Of a stretch of 64,000 nt of DNA, positions 1-7,735 are shown piece after piece. The DNA comes from Microcoleaceae cyanobacterium. GTDB taxonomy: Bacteria; Cyanobacteriota; Cyanobacteriia; Cyanobacteriales; Microcoleaceae. Position numbers and translations under genes: made by a program. The DNA lies in the NCBI GenBank assembly GCA_051652765.1, contig JBOFUV010000074.1, positions 32,182 through 96,181 of the forward strand. Direction: 5' to 3'. The stretch's first letter is position 1. Each line of letters opens with the position of its first letter. The notes beneath the pieces are model-generated. The model searched no databases, was not told the origin of the DNA, and saw only the letters and a list, made by a program, of their open reading frames with translations.

Positions 1-87
1 ACAATAAACTGAAATTGCTTCCAAACAAAACTTTGCAACCTCCACAAGCTCAGTCAAGCCTGCTTTGAAGAATTCTAGCCATTCCAT
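1..87 (-). CDS. 5' end of DUF1622-like membrane protein (runs off window)
   Basis: Manual translation from ATG at 87: MEWLEFFKAGLTELVEVAKFCLEAISVYC, open to the window edge; resembles cyanobacterial DUF1622 N-termini. Confidence 0.5.
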   Translation of the reverse strand, partial: MEWLEFFKAGLTELVEVAKFCLEAISVYC

Positions 88-187
88 AACTCAATTTTTC
101 AGTCAAAAACAAGTCTTAGGTCACGGGGTCAATGGTAAACGATCAAAGGCTATGAACGCAGGTATACCGAATAACTAACCTCAGCTA

Positions 188-421
188 CTATCGAGCCAAG
201 TTCCCTGCCAATACGACCGAAAGCATCTCATCTTCCCATATCAAACCAAGTTGTAGCCCCAACTCGTATGACAAAACATTAACGATTGCGCCTGTACCTA
301 ATAAACCTTCGGCGTTAAGGAATTAATCATTCAGACTGAGCGTTCAAGGCAGATATGGCATTCGATCAACCATGCCAAGATTGCTGTCAATCATTCTGTA
401 AGGAAACTTTTGAGCGTTAAG
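188..421 (-). pseudogene. Decayed retropepsin-like aspartic protease cassette gene
   Basis: Manual translation LNAQKFPYRMIDSNLGMVDRMPYLP*TLSLND*FLNAEGLLGTGAIVNVLSYELGLQLGLIWEDEMLSVVLAGNLAR*; in-frame stops; expected LLDTGA motif reads LLGTGA. Confidence 0.65.
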
Positions 422-505
422 CGCCAGTTGAAGTCACCCGCCGCCAACAGCTTTGGAGTTAATCCAATAACATTGCGGTAGGTCGGGTGCAGTCACTCGT
501 TATAC
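421..505 (-). other. attC site (R' end damaged)
   Basis: Minus strand GTATAAC (overlaps the TAA stop of 500..1198) ...TGCACCCGACC...GGCGGCGGGTGA imperfect palindrome; near-identical to 2576-2660. Confidence 0.8.
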
Positions 506-1198
506 CCTTATTGACTTAATGGCTTCGATAAGGTCATTCTTCCTCATCTTACTTATGCCAGTGATCCCCATTTCTTTCGCCAAACTTTTAAGCTCAGCAA
601 CTGTCATTTTTATTAGATCATCTATTGGTGGGGGATCAGGGGGGGGTGGAGGATCTTGGGGCGTTAAGTAAAATACATCTTTAACTGAGTCTAGCTTCTT
701 ACCTTTAGTAATTCCACATTTCAGATTTATAATCGGCTCAAAATTCTTCCAGTATTGACGAGGTGCTTCATCAATCCGACTCGTAGCAACAGCAAGTTTG
801 ATGGTTTTTAAAGGACTGTTGGGTTGCTCAATTAAGAACTGCAAAGCTGAATTAATTTCTTCTCTTGAAGCTGTAGAAAGATTTAGTTTCGGAGTTTCCT
901 CCCTTGCAAGTATCTTTGTAAGGGAAGTGGTATCTTCTGTATCATCTGCAATGATACACCAAACTCTTTCTAGTCCAGCTTGTTCGGCAACGGCATACCC
1001 AAATGAATTACCCACAACCTGATATTTGTCCTTTTCAAGGATTTTAACAATCACTGGCAGCCAGTTTCGTCCTCCCTTTTGCTGGAGTTGCTTGGCCGCA
1101 GCTTTAATCAAGAAATCTGGGGCATTTGTGCCATCTGTTATCTCTATCTCGTCTAAATAGAGGTACATCAGACTGCCAATACTACTTGAATCTTTCAT
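500..1198 (-). CDS. Degenerate ParB/Srx-like N-domain + HhH-like + Rho-N DNA-binding protein
   Basis: WLPVIVK..YQVVGNSF..AEQAGLERVWCII; KLNLSTASREEI; Pro linker; C-terminal MTVAELKSLAKEMGITGISKMRKNDLIEAI (Rho_N/HeH). Confidence 0.75.
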   Translation of the reverse strand: MKDSSSIGSLMYLYLDEIEITDGTNAPDFLIKAAAKQLQQKGGRNWLPVIVKILEKDKYQVVGNSFGYAVAEQAGLERVWCIIADDTEDTTSLTKILAREETPKLNLSTASREEINSALQFLIEQPNSPLKTIKLAVATSRIDEAPRQYWKNFEPIINLKCGITKGKKLDSVKDVFYLTPQDPPPPPDPPPIDDLIKMTVAELKSLAKEMGITGISKMRKNDLIEAIKSIRV

Positions 1199-2535
1199 TG
1201 TAGAAAATACTCCTTCGCTAAGCTTTTGTAGTATTCATTGGCAAAACGATCTCTATAAACAGCAGGTATGCGAGAAAAAGCTGCACTTGCTATACTAGCG
1301 CAACTTAGGAGTTTGTGAATATCTAAGTCTTTCTTTGCAGGGGTGTACTTGGGGTAAAAATAGGGTAGCAGGTTAAAGCCTTCTTTCTTCGCATTCAAAA
1401 TAAGGTTATTGATTGCTTTCTGAGCAGCTTCTAACTGCGGTGGGGTAATTTTCTCGCCGTTAAAGAAGATGGGCAAAGCCACTGGAGTTCCGTCTTCTTT
1501 ATCTTTTTGCATTTGTGGAATAAATTGTTTGATAGTAGTAGCAGCATTCTCTAAAGAGAATAAATTATTATGCTTTGTGGGAAGAAGTACAACATCTGCG
1601 GCATAAACTGCAAGCTGGCTAATAAAGCGCCAATTTGGGGATGAATCTATAAAAATGTAATCATATTCATGCCTTGCAAACTCAAGTTTTTCGTATAGAG
1701 AGTATAACTTCATTTGCGACCGAAGTTCTTTTTCATCTAGAGCAGCCACCTCATCATCAGTAGGAATAATATCAAAGGTAATTTCAGTCTTTTTAATATG
1801 AAAACTATATAGGCGAACGAGTGATTTTAACTCAGGGTTTCTATCAGTCAGAGCCTTTTTAAGCTCTCCTTCACTCCTCTTCATTCCCAGGACGTTGGTT
1901 AAATCTTGTTGATTAAAGTCAAAATCTAAAGCCAGAACTTTTTTACCTAGAAAAGCCAGAATAGCGGCAAGATTGACAGTTGTAGTTGTTTTGCCAACTC
2001 CGCCTTTATTATTGTAAATCGCTACTGTCAAAGCTCGGCTCGTATTTTCAATCTTACGCTTGATACTTTCCACAATCTCATCAACATTATCTGGAGTAAG
2101 AGATTTACAAGTAGTGGCAGGGAAAATGGTCTTGCCGTGTTTTCTAAATAGTTGAATACGAGAAGAGTTGGTGATGATTCCCCATTGGCATGATTGGCAG
2201 TTGTCTCCAAGTAGTTGTCTTTTTAATTGATTAACAGTTGCGATGTACTTTGGGCTACCTTCAGACAAGTTAACGTCTTTACCTTTTATTTCTAGGAGTA
2301 GAAAGGGATTATTTTTGGTATGCAAAAAAATGTCGTCTTCAAAGTTCTTTCTGGCAGCAAAGTCAGGAATTTCTCTTGCCGCAGTATTAAACTCGGGAAC
2401 AATTTCTTCAGGCGTGAATCCTAAAGATCCTAGAAGTTTAGTTGCAAAATTCCTGACCATAGCTTCACTTGCATTTGGTGGCAAGCTTTGAAGCACTGAG
2501 CTAAGACTGGATGTTGTAGAACTCATAAATTGCAT
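1195..2535 (-). CDS. ParA-family ATPase with N-terminal HsdR_N-like PD-(D/E)xK nuclease domain
   Basis: Deviant Walker A NNKGGVGKTTT, DFDFNQ, YDYIFIDSSP; N-terminal IPDFAAR...LLEIKG...WGIITN; ATGA overlap with the downstream gene. Confidence 0.85.
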   Translation of the reverse strand: MQFMSSTTSSLSSVLQSLPPNASEAMVRNFATKLLGSLGFTPEEIVPEFNTAAREIPDFAARKNFEDDIFLHTKNNPFLLLEIKGKDVNLSEGSPKYIATVNQLKRQLLGDNCQSCQWGIITNSSRIQLFRKHGKTIFPATTCKSLTPDNVDEIVESIKRKIENTSRALTVAIYNNKGGVGKTTTTVNLAAILAFLGKKVLALDFDFNQQDLTNVLGMKRSEGELKKALTDRNPELKSLVRLYSFHIKKTEITFDIIPTDDEVAALDEKELRSQMKLYSLYEKLEFARHEYDYIFIDSSPNWRFISQLAVYAADVVLLPTKHNNLFSLENAATTIKQFIPQMQKDKEDGTPVALPIFFNGEKITPPQLEAAQKAINNLILNAKKEGFNLLPYFYPKYTPAKKDLDIHKLLSCASIASAAFSRIPAVYRDRFANEYYKSLAKEYFLQ

Positions 2536-2575
2536 TTCTAGTACTTGCCAATACTATAATGTGCTGCTGTCTTGA

Positions 2576-2660
2576 GCGCAACGGTTGAAATCACCCGCTG
2601 CCAACAGCTTTGGAGTTAATCCAATGACATTGCGGTAGGTTGGGTGTAATGATTTATACC
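2576..2660 (-). other. attC site (R'' end damaged)
   Basis: Ends in GTTGCGC; same family as 421-505 and 5599-5664; start reads GGTATAAATC, lacking the AAC. Confidence 0.75.
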
Positions 2661-2785
2661 TTGTTTAAGTATTGCCGACTTTCTCTCACTCAGCAAAACG
2701 ACCACCGCAGATGATGCAAACCCTCTCTCAACATAGTCAGTCGCCCTTCGGTTCAACTCCACAGGGAAGCTGTGGTGCGCTGGCA

Positions 2786-2872
2786 AGATAACGGCTCAAA
2801 TCAGCGGCAGCAGAGGACTCTCAACGAAGCAGAAAGCGTTTTGGTATGTCCGCTGCATTTGAATTGTTAGAC
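2786..2872 (-). other. attC site
   Basis: GTCTAAC...ATGCAGCGGAC...GCCGCTGATTT...GTTATCT, 87 bp, 10 bp after the stop of the DUF3368 gene. Confidence 0.88.
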
Positions 2873-2882
2873 CGCGCCGGAA

Positions 2883-3383
2883 CTACTGCAATTCCCTAAC
2901 TTGTCTGAGAGCTTCGTCATAAACCCGCTGACTCAAACGAAATTTAGCCACAGTTTGCAAAGCATCAAGCTGTTCTTGCAAGTTAACAATCACTCCTTGA
3001 CGTTTCGCCCAAATTAAGAGACCCAATGTACCAAGTATCGGTAAATTGATGCGTCGTGCAACTTGTCGCGCTTTCTTTTCATCGAGCAACAGAGCTTCTG
3101 AAGGCTGCTCAAGCAACAATGCGATCGCCTCTGCTTCACCTTGATCCAGATCTTGTTGTAACACTGATATTAGAGTCTTGTTCTCCACTTCTTGCATGGA
3201 CAGCCAAACGTTTAAGCCTGCTGCAACTTCTGCCGCTCCTGCCCGCCCTGCTCCAGTTTCCACAACTTCGTACCAGACTGCCTGTGGAATCACAATCCCG
3301 TCTGGAAATCGCCGCGTCAATATAGACAATTGCCCAATACTGCTCAGGGCAATCAAAACAGACGAGTTGCTGATGGCTCTCAA
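2883..3383 (-). CDS. DUF3368-family PIN-domain toxin
   Basis: ISNSSVLIAL, IPQAVWYEV, LDQGEAEAIAL, LLLDEKKAR, GTLGLLIWAK. Confidence 0.88.
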   Translation of the reverse strand: MRAISNSSVLIALSSIGQLSILTRRFPDGIVIPQAVWYEVVETGAGRAGAAEVAAGLNVWLSMQEVENKTLISVLQQDLDQGEAEAIALLLEQPSEALLLDEKKARQVARRINLPILGTLGLLIWAKRQGVIVNLQEQLDALQTVAKFRLSQRVYDEALRQVRELQ

Positions 3384-3640
3384 TCTAATTGCTCCAACGT
3401 GTTTAGATCATTTTCTAGTTCCTCTAAGTCGTAACTACGCTCAATTGCCTCATCTCCTAGTAATGAGTGAAACTCCCATTTTGTCATTTGTGCTAACTCC
3501 CGTGCTTTGCCAAAAGAGAGCAAGCCTTTTTGATATAAACGAATTGCCAATTCCCGTTGCAGACGAGAGAGGCGTTCAGAAGGTGGAAGTTGAAGGGATT
3601 CTGCAACATTGTTTGAAATCTCAAGTACTAGTCCACTCAT
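3380..3640 (-). CDS. UPF0175-family antitoxin
   Basis: ELAIRLYQKGLLSFGKARELAQMTKWEF; 4-bp overlap with the PIN gene. Confidence 0.88.
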   Translation of the reverse strand: MSGLVLEISNNVAESLQLPPSERLSRLQRELAIRLYQKGLLSFGKARELAQMTKWEFHSLLGDEAIERSYDLEELENDLNTLEQLD

Positions 3641-3981
3641 CCTATCCTCCTACTATTGCTAATCATGGTTTTAGGCAAATCACTACAATTTTGTCATAGG
3701 ATCTTCTTTGGCTTGCGACCGCACTGGAGGATTCACAAATCTCCTCTACTAAGCAAATTCTCCTTTGTAGTGAAGTTTTCGAGTGGTCAAGCTACTGCCA
3801 GCGGGACTAATCAATCAAAGAAGCACGATACATAAGGATCGAAAACCCATCCATAGATCGATCTTTGTGACTGCTCAGATCTCCTTGCCTCACCGCTTGT
3901 ACTAAACATTGAACTCAGAATTTGCCGTGCAGCTTCTGACCCCAGTGCTTAAAAAACTCCCTGTAAAAAAGAATTCCAGCT

Positions 3982-4170
3982 TTATTGAGCATTTGCAGAA
4001 CCAGCATTAAGGTTTAGGACAAGAGTGAAACACGCAATACCAGCAAATACTCTCTCTGTTTGCGCTTCATCCCTTGCTACTGAACCAAAGAGCATCAGAG
4101 ACTTTACGCCAAAGTCCTTCAGCGTGTTCTGATGATTCGCCAATAATGTAAGGGCTTCCTGTTTTCGCAC
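3982..4170 (-). pseudogene. Truncated minimal nucleotidyltransferase (MNT antitoxin) fused to unrelated sequence
   Basis: MRKQEALTLLANHQNTLKDFGVKSLMLFGSVARDEA, then diverges before the DxD motif; no HEPN partner. Confidence 0.75.
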
Positions 4171-4357
4171 TACCCAACCTGCAATGAAAAGAAAAATCTA
4201 CTGAGAATTGTAGCTCACCGATCACCTCCCAATTACGTCTCGACCAAAGATTCATAGCTACTTGGGCATCGCGTTCTACAGATAGCTTTCCGCTTGCACC
4301 CCAACGAAGGACTCTCAAGTGAGATCGCGAATCTCAGCATCCAACGAGAAAATAGAA

Positions 4358-4750
4358 CTAAGGAATATAAACCCGACCAACACCCATGTAATTGTCAATG
4401 TCAAAAAGAATCTCAACTAACCGACTGGCGCATCGTTCACGATAACTCTGCTCGTCAAGCCGCTCTTTGTTGCCGATCGTCACAACGGGAAGTGATGTCA
4501 GCGTATTGTCTTCCCGAATCGCTTGCTCCAACGAATCATCTCCCTTCATGTTCCGATTTGCGGTCAAGATAATCATCTGATTGCCCTGAGCTACCTGCCA
4601 AACTAAAAGATCGCTGCTGTTTTCGAGTAAGCCGACCTCTTCAAACCCAACGAATCGAATCGGCATCAGTTCAAGCCATCCTTCAGCCGCGATCGTGCCC
4701 CAAAGTAAAGCTGCCTGTCCTCGCAAATTGTAGTCAATCAGAAAATTCAT
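4358..4750 (-). CDS. DUF5615/PIN-like toxin
   Basis: MNFLIDYNL, SSDLLVWQVAQ, MIILTANR; overlaps the DUF433 gene by 4 bp. Confidence 0.8.
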   Translation of the reverse strand: MNFLIDYNLRGQAALLWGTIAAEGWLELMPIRFVGFEEVGLLENSSDLLVWQVAQGNQMIILTANRNMKGDDSLEQAIREDNTLTSLPVVTIGNKERLDEQSYRERCASRLVEILFDIDNYMGVGRVYIP

Positions 4751-5130
4751 ACCTTGGACTCAAGCCTGTCTTTCCAAGCCTGAAGTTTAGCACGGATAGC
4801 CTCTTGACTCGGTTTTGGAGATGTTGCAACAAGACGGGCAAAGTGTTCTCGATTGCGTTCTTCCCAATATTGCCGATTCTCTTCCGCAGTTTGTAAAACT
4901 TGTTGATATTCAGACTCGACTTCAGCTTGATGAGCTTTGATGTAAAACAGAGCCGCATCGATCTGAGCATCTGTGAGACAGAGCTTTTCGCGAATGAGCT
5001 TTGCAGGATAGCCAGCCGTGTAGTAATCCATCACGTCATAAAGCGTAATGCGGGTTCCTGCGATCGTGATCCCACGCTCTGTCCGAATAATTTCCGATTG
5101 ATCACTAGATGCCGAACTCATTTTCCACAT
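4747..5130 (-). CDS. DUF433-family antitoxin
   Basis: RGITIAGTRITLYDVMDY...LTDAQIDAALFYI; alternative start at 5121. Confidence 0.87.
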   Translation of the reverse strand: MWKMSSASSDQSEIIRTERGITIAGTRITLYDVMDYYTAGYPAKLIREKLCLTDAQIDAALFYIKAHQAEVESEYQQVLQTAEENRQYWEERNREHFARLVATSPKPSQEAIRAKLQAWKDRLESKV

Positions 5131-5196
5131 TCCTGCTTTCTGAACAGTAGTCCCATTTTATCTTGTTTTAAAATAATTGACTTCCTCAGCTTCGGA

Positions 5197-5544
5197 CTAG
5201 AAGGGGCTAAGCCAAAACCCTAGGTGGCCAAGATCGGAGACTAAGGTTACTAATGTGTAAACAATGAATAAAAGAGCGCCTAAAAACCATAGTAGAAATG
5301 TAAAAAGATTTCCTCCTTTAGTCCCCACATAAATTAAACGAGAAATACCCATGAACTCAATTATCAAAAACCGCCAGAGGTTTGCAGTAGCCTGCTCAGT
5401 AACAAATTGAATCTTTGGAGCAAATGTTGCAATTGCATTTTTCAAGTCTTGTATATTACCCATCATTGATTTACCTTTTTTGGGCAGGCCAACTCTTAAT
5501 GGCTCCTGATTTGCCTGGATTTCTGCCTTCCAGTCAAACTTCAA
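5197..5544 (-). CDS. Hypothetical membrane protein, possibly a cassette remnant
   Basis: TTG-start ORF with hydrophobic C-terminus, next to a truncated attC. Confidence 0.3.
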   Translation of the reverse strand: MKFDWKAEIQANQEPLRVGLPKKGKSMMGNIQDLKNAIATFAPKIQFVTEQATANLWRFLIIEFMGISRLIYVGTKGGNLFTFLLWFLGALLFIVYTLVTLVSDLGHLGFWLSPF

Positions 5545-5598
5545 CGGCTGAGTCCAAAATCCCTCGTAAACGTAACCTTATCCACAGATTCTAAGGAA

Positions 5599-5664
5599 GC
5601 CGCCAACAGCTTCAGAATTAATCCAGTACTGCTATTGCAGGTCGGGTGCAGTGATTTGTTAGCT
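5599..5664 (-). other. Truncated attC site
   Basis: AGCTAAC AAATCACTGCACCCGACC...GCTGTTGGCGGC, then similarity to the 421/2576 copies stops; distal arm missing. Confidence 0.72.
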
Positions 5665-5751
5665 TGACTTGGGCGAGCTGACTGTCTCTTAACTCAGCCC
5701 TGAATACTGACACACACGTTTCCGGTTGCGTCATCACCGATAGCTCAGGCG

Positions 5752-5836
5752 GCATAACGGCAAAAGTGAGCGGCGACAGACAATATCGAAACAAAGCACA
5801 AAGACTCTGCACGTCCGCTCCACTGCGTTGTTATGC
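5752..5836 (-). other. attC site (intact)
   Basis: GCATAAC...GTGGAGCGGAC...GCCGCTCAC...GTTATGC, 85 bp with complementary core ends. Confidence 0.92.
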
Positions 5837-6184
5837 CGCGCAATCTGCTGTACATCAACAATACTTCGGACAGAATTAGACAGCAATAATGCTGTAAACG
5901 CTGGACTTTGTGTTGAATTTAATCGAAGTGGGTGATAGGGCGCTGAAAAATGAGCACGAGATTGTTCGCTTCTCTGTCTAATGGCTCATGTGAAAATTGT
6001 TCAAACTTTTGTACGATAATAACACAACCGTAGCTTTTCATAATGATGTTTCCTTAGCTCCATCTACAAAGCTAGTTTGGTTTTGAGAAGCGTCAGTCGT
6101 TCGGTGCTGACCCTACAACCTTTTGTTCAGCAGGTGAAACGCGGTTCAGATTTAAGGCAAAAATTCTTTTCCTAAAGGAGAACG

Positions 6185-6637
6185 GTGATGTTAGATATCG
6201 ATGAAATGAGTTCAAAGGAAATACAAGAGCTTTTGAAAAAAGTGGGACACGGGCACCTTGGCTGTATCTTCAAAGAGCATCCCTACGTTGTGCCAATGCA
6301 CTACTATCTCGAAGGCTCAGACATTTACCTTGTCACCACTGAAGGCATGAAGACGCAAGCGATGGACGCAAATCCAGAAATTTGCCTCCAGATTGAAGAA
6401 GTGCATGACCCAGCACACTGGCGGAGTGTGGTAGTGACAGGTCGAGTCGAGCGCATCACTACGCAGCCAGACCTCGATCGAGCTATGCACTTTATCAAAG
6501 AACGGAATCCAACGCTTTCGCCTGCAATTAATCGCACCTGGGTCGATAGTTGGGGACGCGCTGCGGTGATTGCCATCTTCCGCATTCATTCCAGCGAGAT
6601 GAGTGGACGGACAACCACTGGAGTGAGTAGCAAGTAA
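6185..6637 (+). CDS. Pyridoxamine 5'-phosphate oxidase-like flavin-binding protein (NimA-like split barrel)
   Basis: GHLGC..HPYVVPMHY..TTEGMKTQAMDANPEICLQI..WRSVVVTG; AAGGAG RBS at ~6175. Confidence 0.87.
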   Translation: MMLDIDEMSSKEIQELLKKVGHGHLGCIFKEHPYVVPMHYYLEGSDIYLVTTEGMKTQAMDANPEICLQIEEVHDPAHWRSVVVTGRVERITTQPDLDRAMHFIKERNPTLSPAINRTWVDSWGRAAVIAIFRIHSSEMSGRTTTGVSSK

Positions 6638-6640
6638 GCA

Positions 6641-7012
6641 TTGATTGCTGCAGTCTCAGTTCTGACCTATTTAAGGAATTCAACGAGCATGGTGGGCAAC
6701 TTACTGCAATGTGAGTATCTTGGTTGGGGGAAATTAGAGTCGTTTCGATCGAGGTCTTTATCCGAGAATGAGACATTGATTTTCACGGAGATTGCAGGAA
6801 CCGCTCCGGTATTAATTCGAGGATTTCTTGATTGTCTGCGCTCTCCAGAGCTCCACGCAAAAACTCCTCAGCAATTTTCAGAAAGTAATATGGCAGAATT
6901 CATGGTGGAAATGGTCAGAACGCTCCCGGAAAGCCTGTTGCAGGAGTGGGCAAACCAGTCCAACACCGATCAAAATATGGTTTGTGCGATCCTACGTTGG
7001 TCAGTAAACTAA
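6641..7012 (+). CDS. Hypothetical protein
   Basis: 123-aa ORF directly after the flavin gene; start uncertain (ATG at 6689 possible). Confidence 0.5.
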   Translation: MIAAVSVLTYLRNSTSMVGNLLQCEYLGWGKLESFRSRSLSENETLIFTEIAGTAPVLIRGFLDCLRSPELHAKTPQQFSESNMAEFMVEMVRTLPESLLQEWANQSNTDQNMVCAILRWSVN

Positions 7013-7143
7013 TGGATTTGCAACCATTAAAGAAACATGGTTTCCGATTCAAAAGTGTTATCTCATCGACTGCTTTAAGATATTGTAATTTTGAATACCA
7101 ACGGATAGCTTTCAAACTACCGCTCCAACCTGTAACCGGAGCG

Positions 7144-7380
7144 GCATAACTATTACTATATTGAAATTTTCTGCATAACCAACGCTTTTGGGATGATTAC
7201 CCTGAAACTTTCCATATAATCCACCCTAATACTGCAACTACACTGAAACTTTCTGGGTATACATCCTAAATTTGAGGATTATCCCAAAACTTTCCGTATA
7301 TTCTCCGATGAAACACAGCAATGTTCGGCCTAGCATCGATTTATTCGGAGCGTTACCTTGAAATTTTCTGTATAAACCCC
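7144..7380 (-). promoter_or_regulatory. attI-like site and intI/Pc promoter region with phased direct repeats
   Basis: Core GTTATGC (minus, 7150-7144) at the position expected next to a divergent intI; TGAAA(C/T)TTTC-type repeats at 7162, 7203, 7244, 7285 and 7359. Confidence 0.72.
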
Positions 7381-7382
7381 AA

Positions 7383-7735
7383 ATGGAACAACGCCCGAAA
7401 AAGCTGTTGGATCAGGTGCGTGATCTGATTCGGCTCAAACATTATTCCTATCAAACTGAAAAAACCTATGTGGGATGGATTAGGCGCTACATATTGTTTC
7501 ATCAAATCCGCCATCCTCAAGAAATGGGGTCTGCTGAAATTGAGACTTTTCTGACTCATTTAGCAGTTGAGGAGAAGTAGCCGCTTCCACTCAGAATCAG
7601 GCGTTCAGTGCTCTCCTGTTTCTCTATCGGGAGGTGTTGCGGCAGGAGTTGGATTTGCCGATTGATTCCATTCGAGCCAAACGCCCGCATTACTTGCCAA
7701 CCGTATTGACCAAACCAGAGGTGTTGGCCATTTAG
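7383..7735 (+). pseudogene. intI: Integron integrase, frameshifted and truncated
   Basis: [50 protein letters not shown]; 1-nt frameshift at ~7576; continues [41 protein letters not shown]; catalytic domain absent. Confidence 0.93.

Larger units (their letters stand above)
421..7735. mobile_element. Decaying chromosomal integron with cassette array
   Basis: intI divergent from attI and five co-oriented attC sites flanking small ORFs and TA pairs. Confidence 0.88.

Noticed and set aside
500..2535. Plasmid partition locus or integrated plasmid
   Set aside because: Bounded by attC sites; no rep gene, iterons or parS-like repeats seen
4200..4350. Possible attC between the DUF5615 gene and the MNT fragment
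   Set aside because: GTT-like cores are present but there is no RYYYAAC partner or convincing palindrome
5618..5812. 64-aa ORF
   Set aside because: Runs through two attC sites; likely spurious
7152..7376. CRISPR mini-array interpretation of the 41-bp periodic repeats
   Set aside because: Repeats are short and degenerate, the period is too short, no cas genes are present, and the position matches an attI region
7570..7582. Programmed frameshift in intI
   Set aside because: No slippery heptamer, and the downstream frame is truncated anyway
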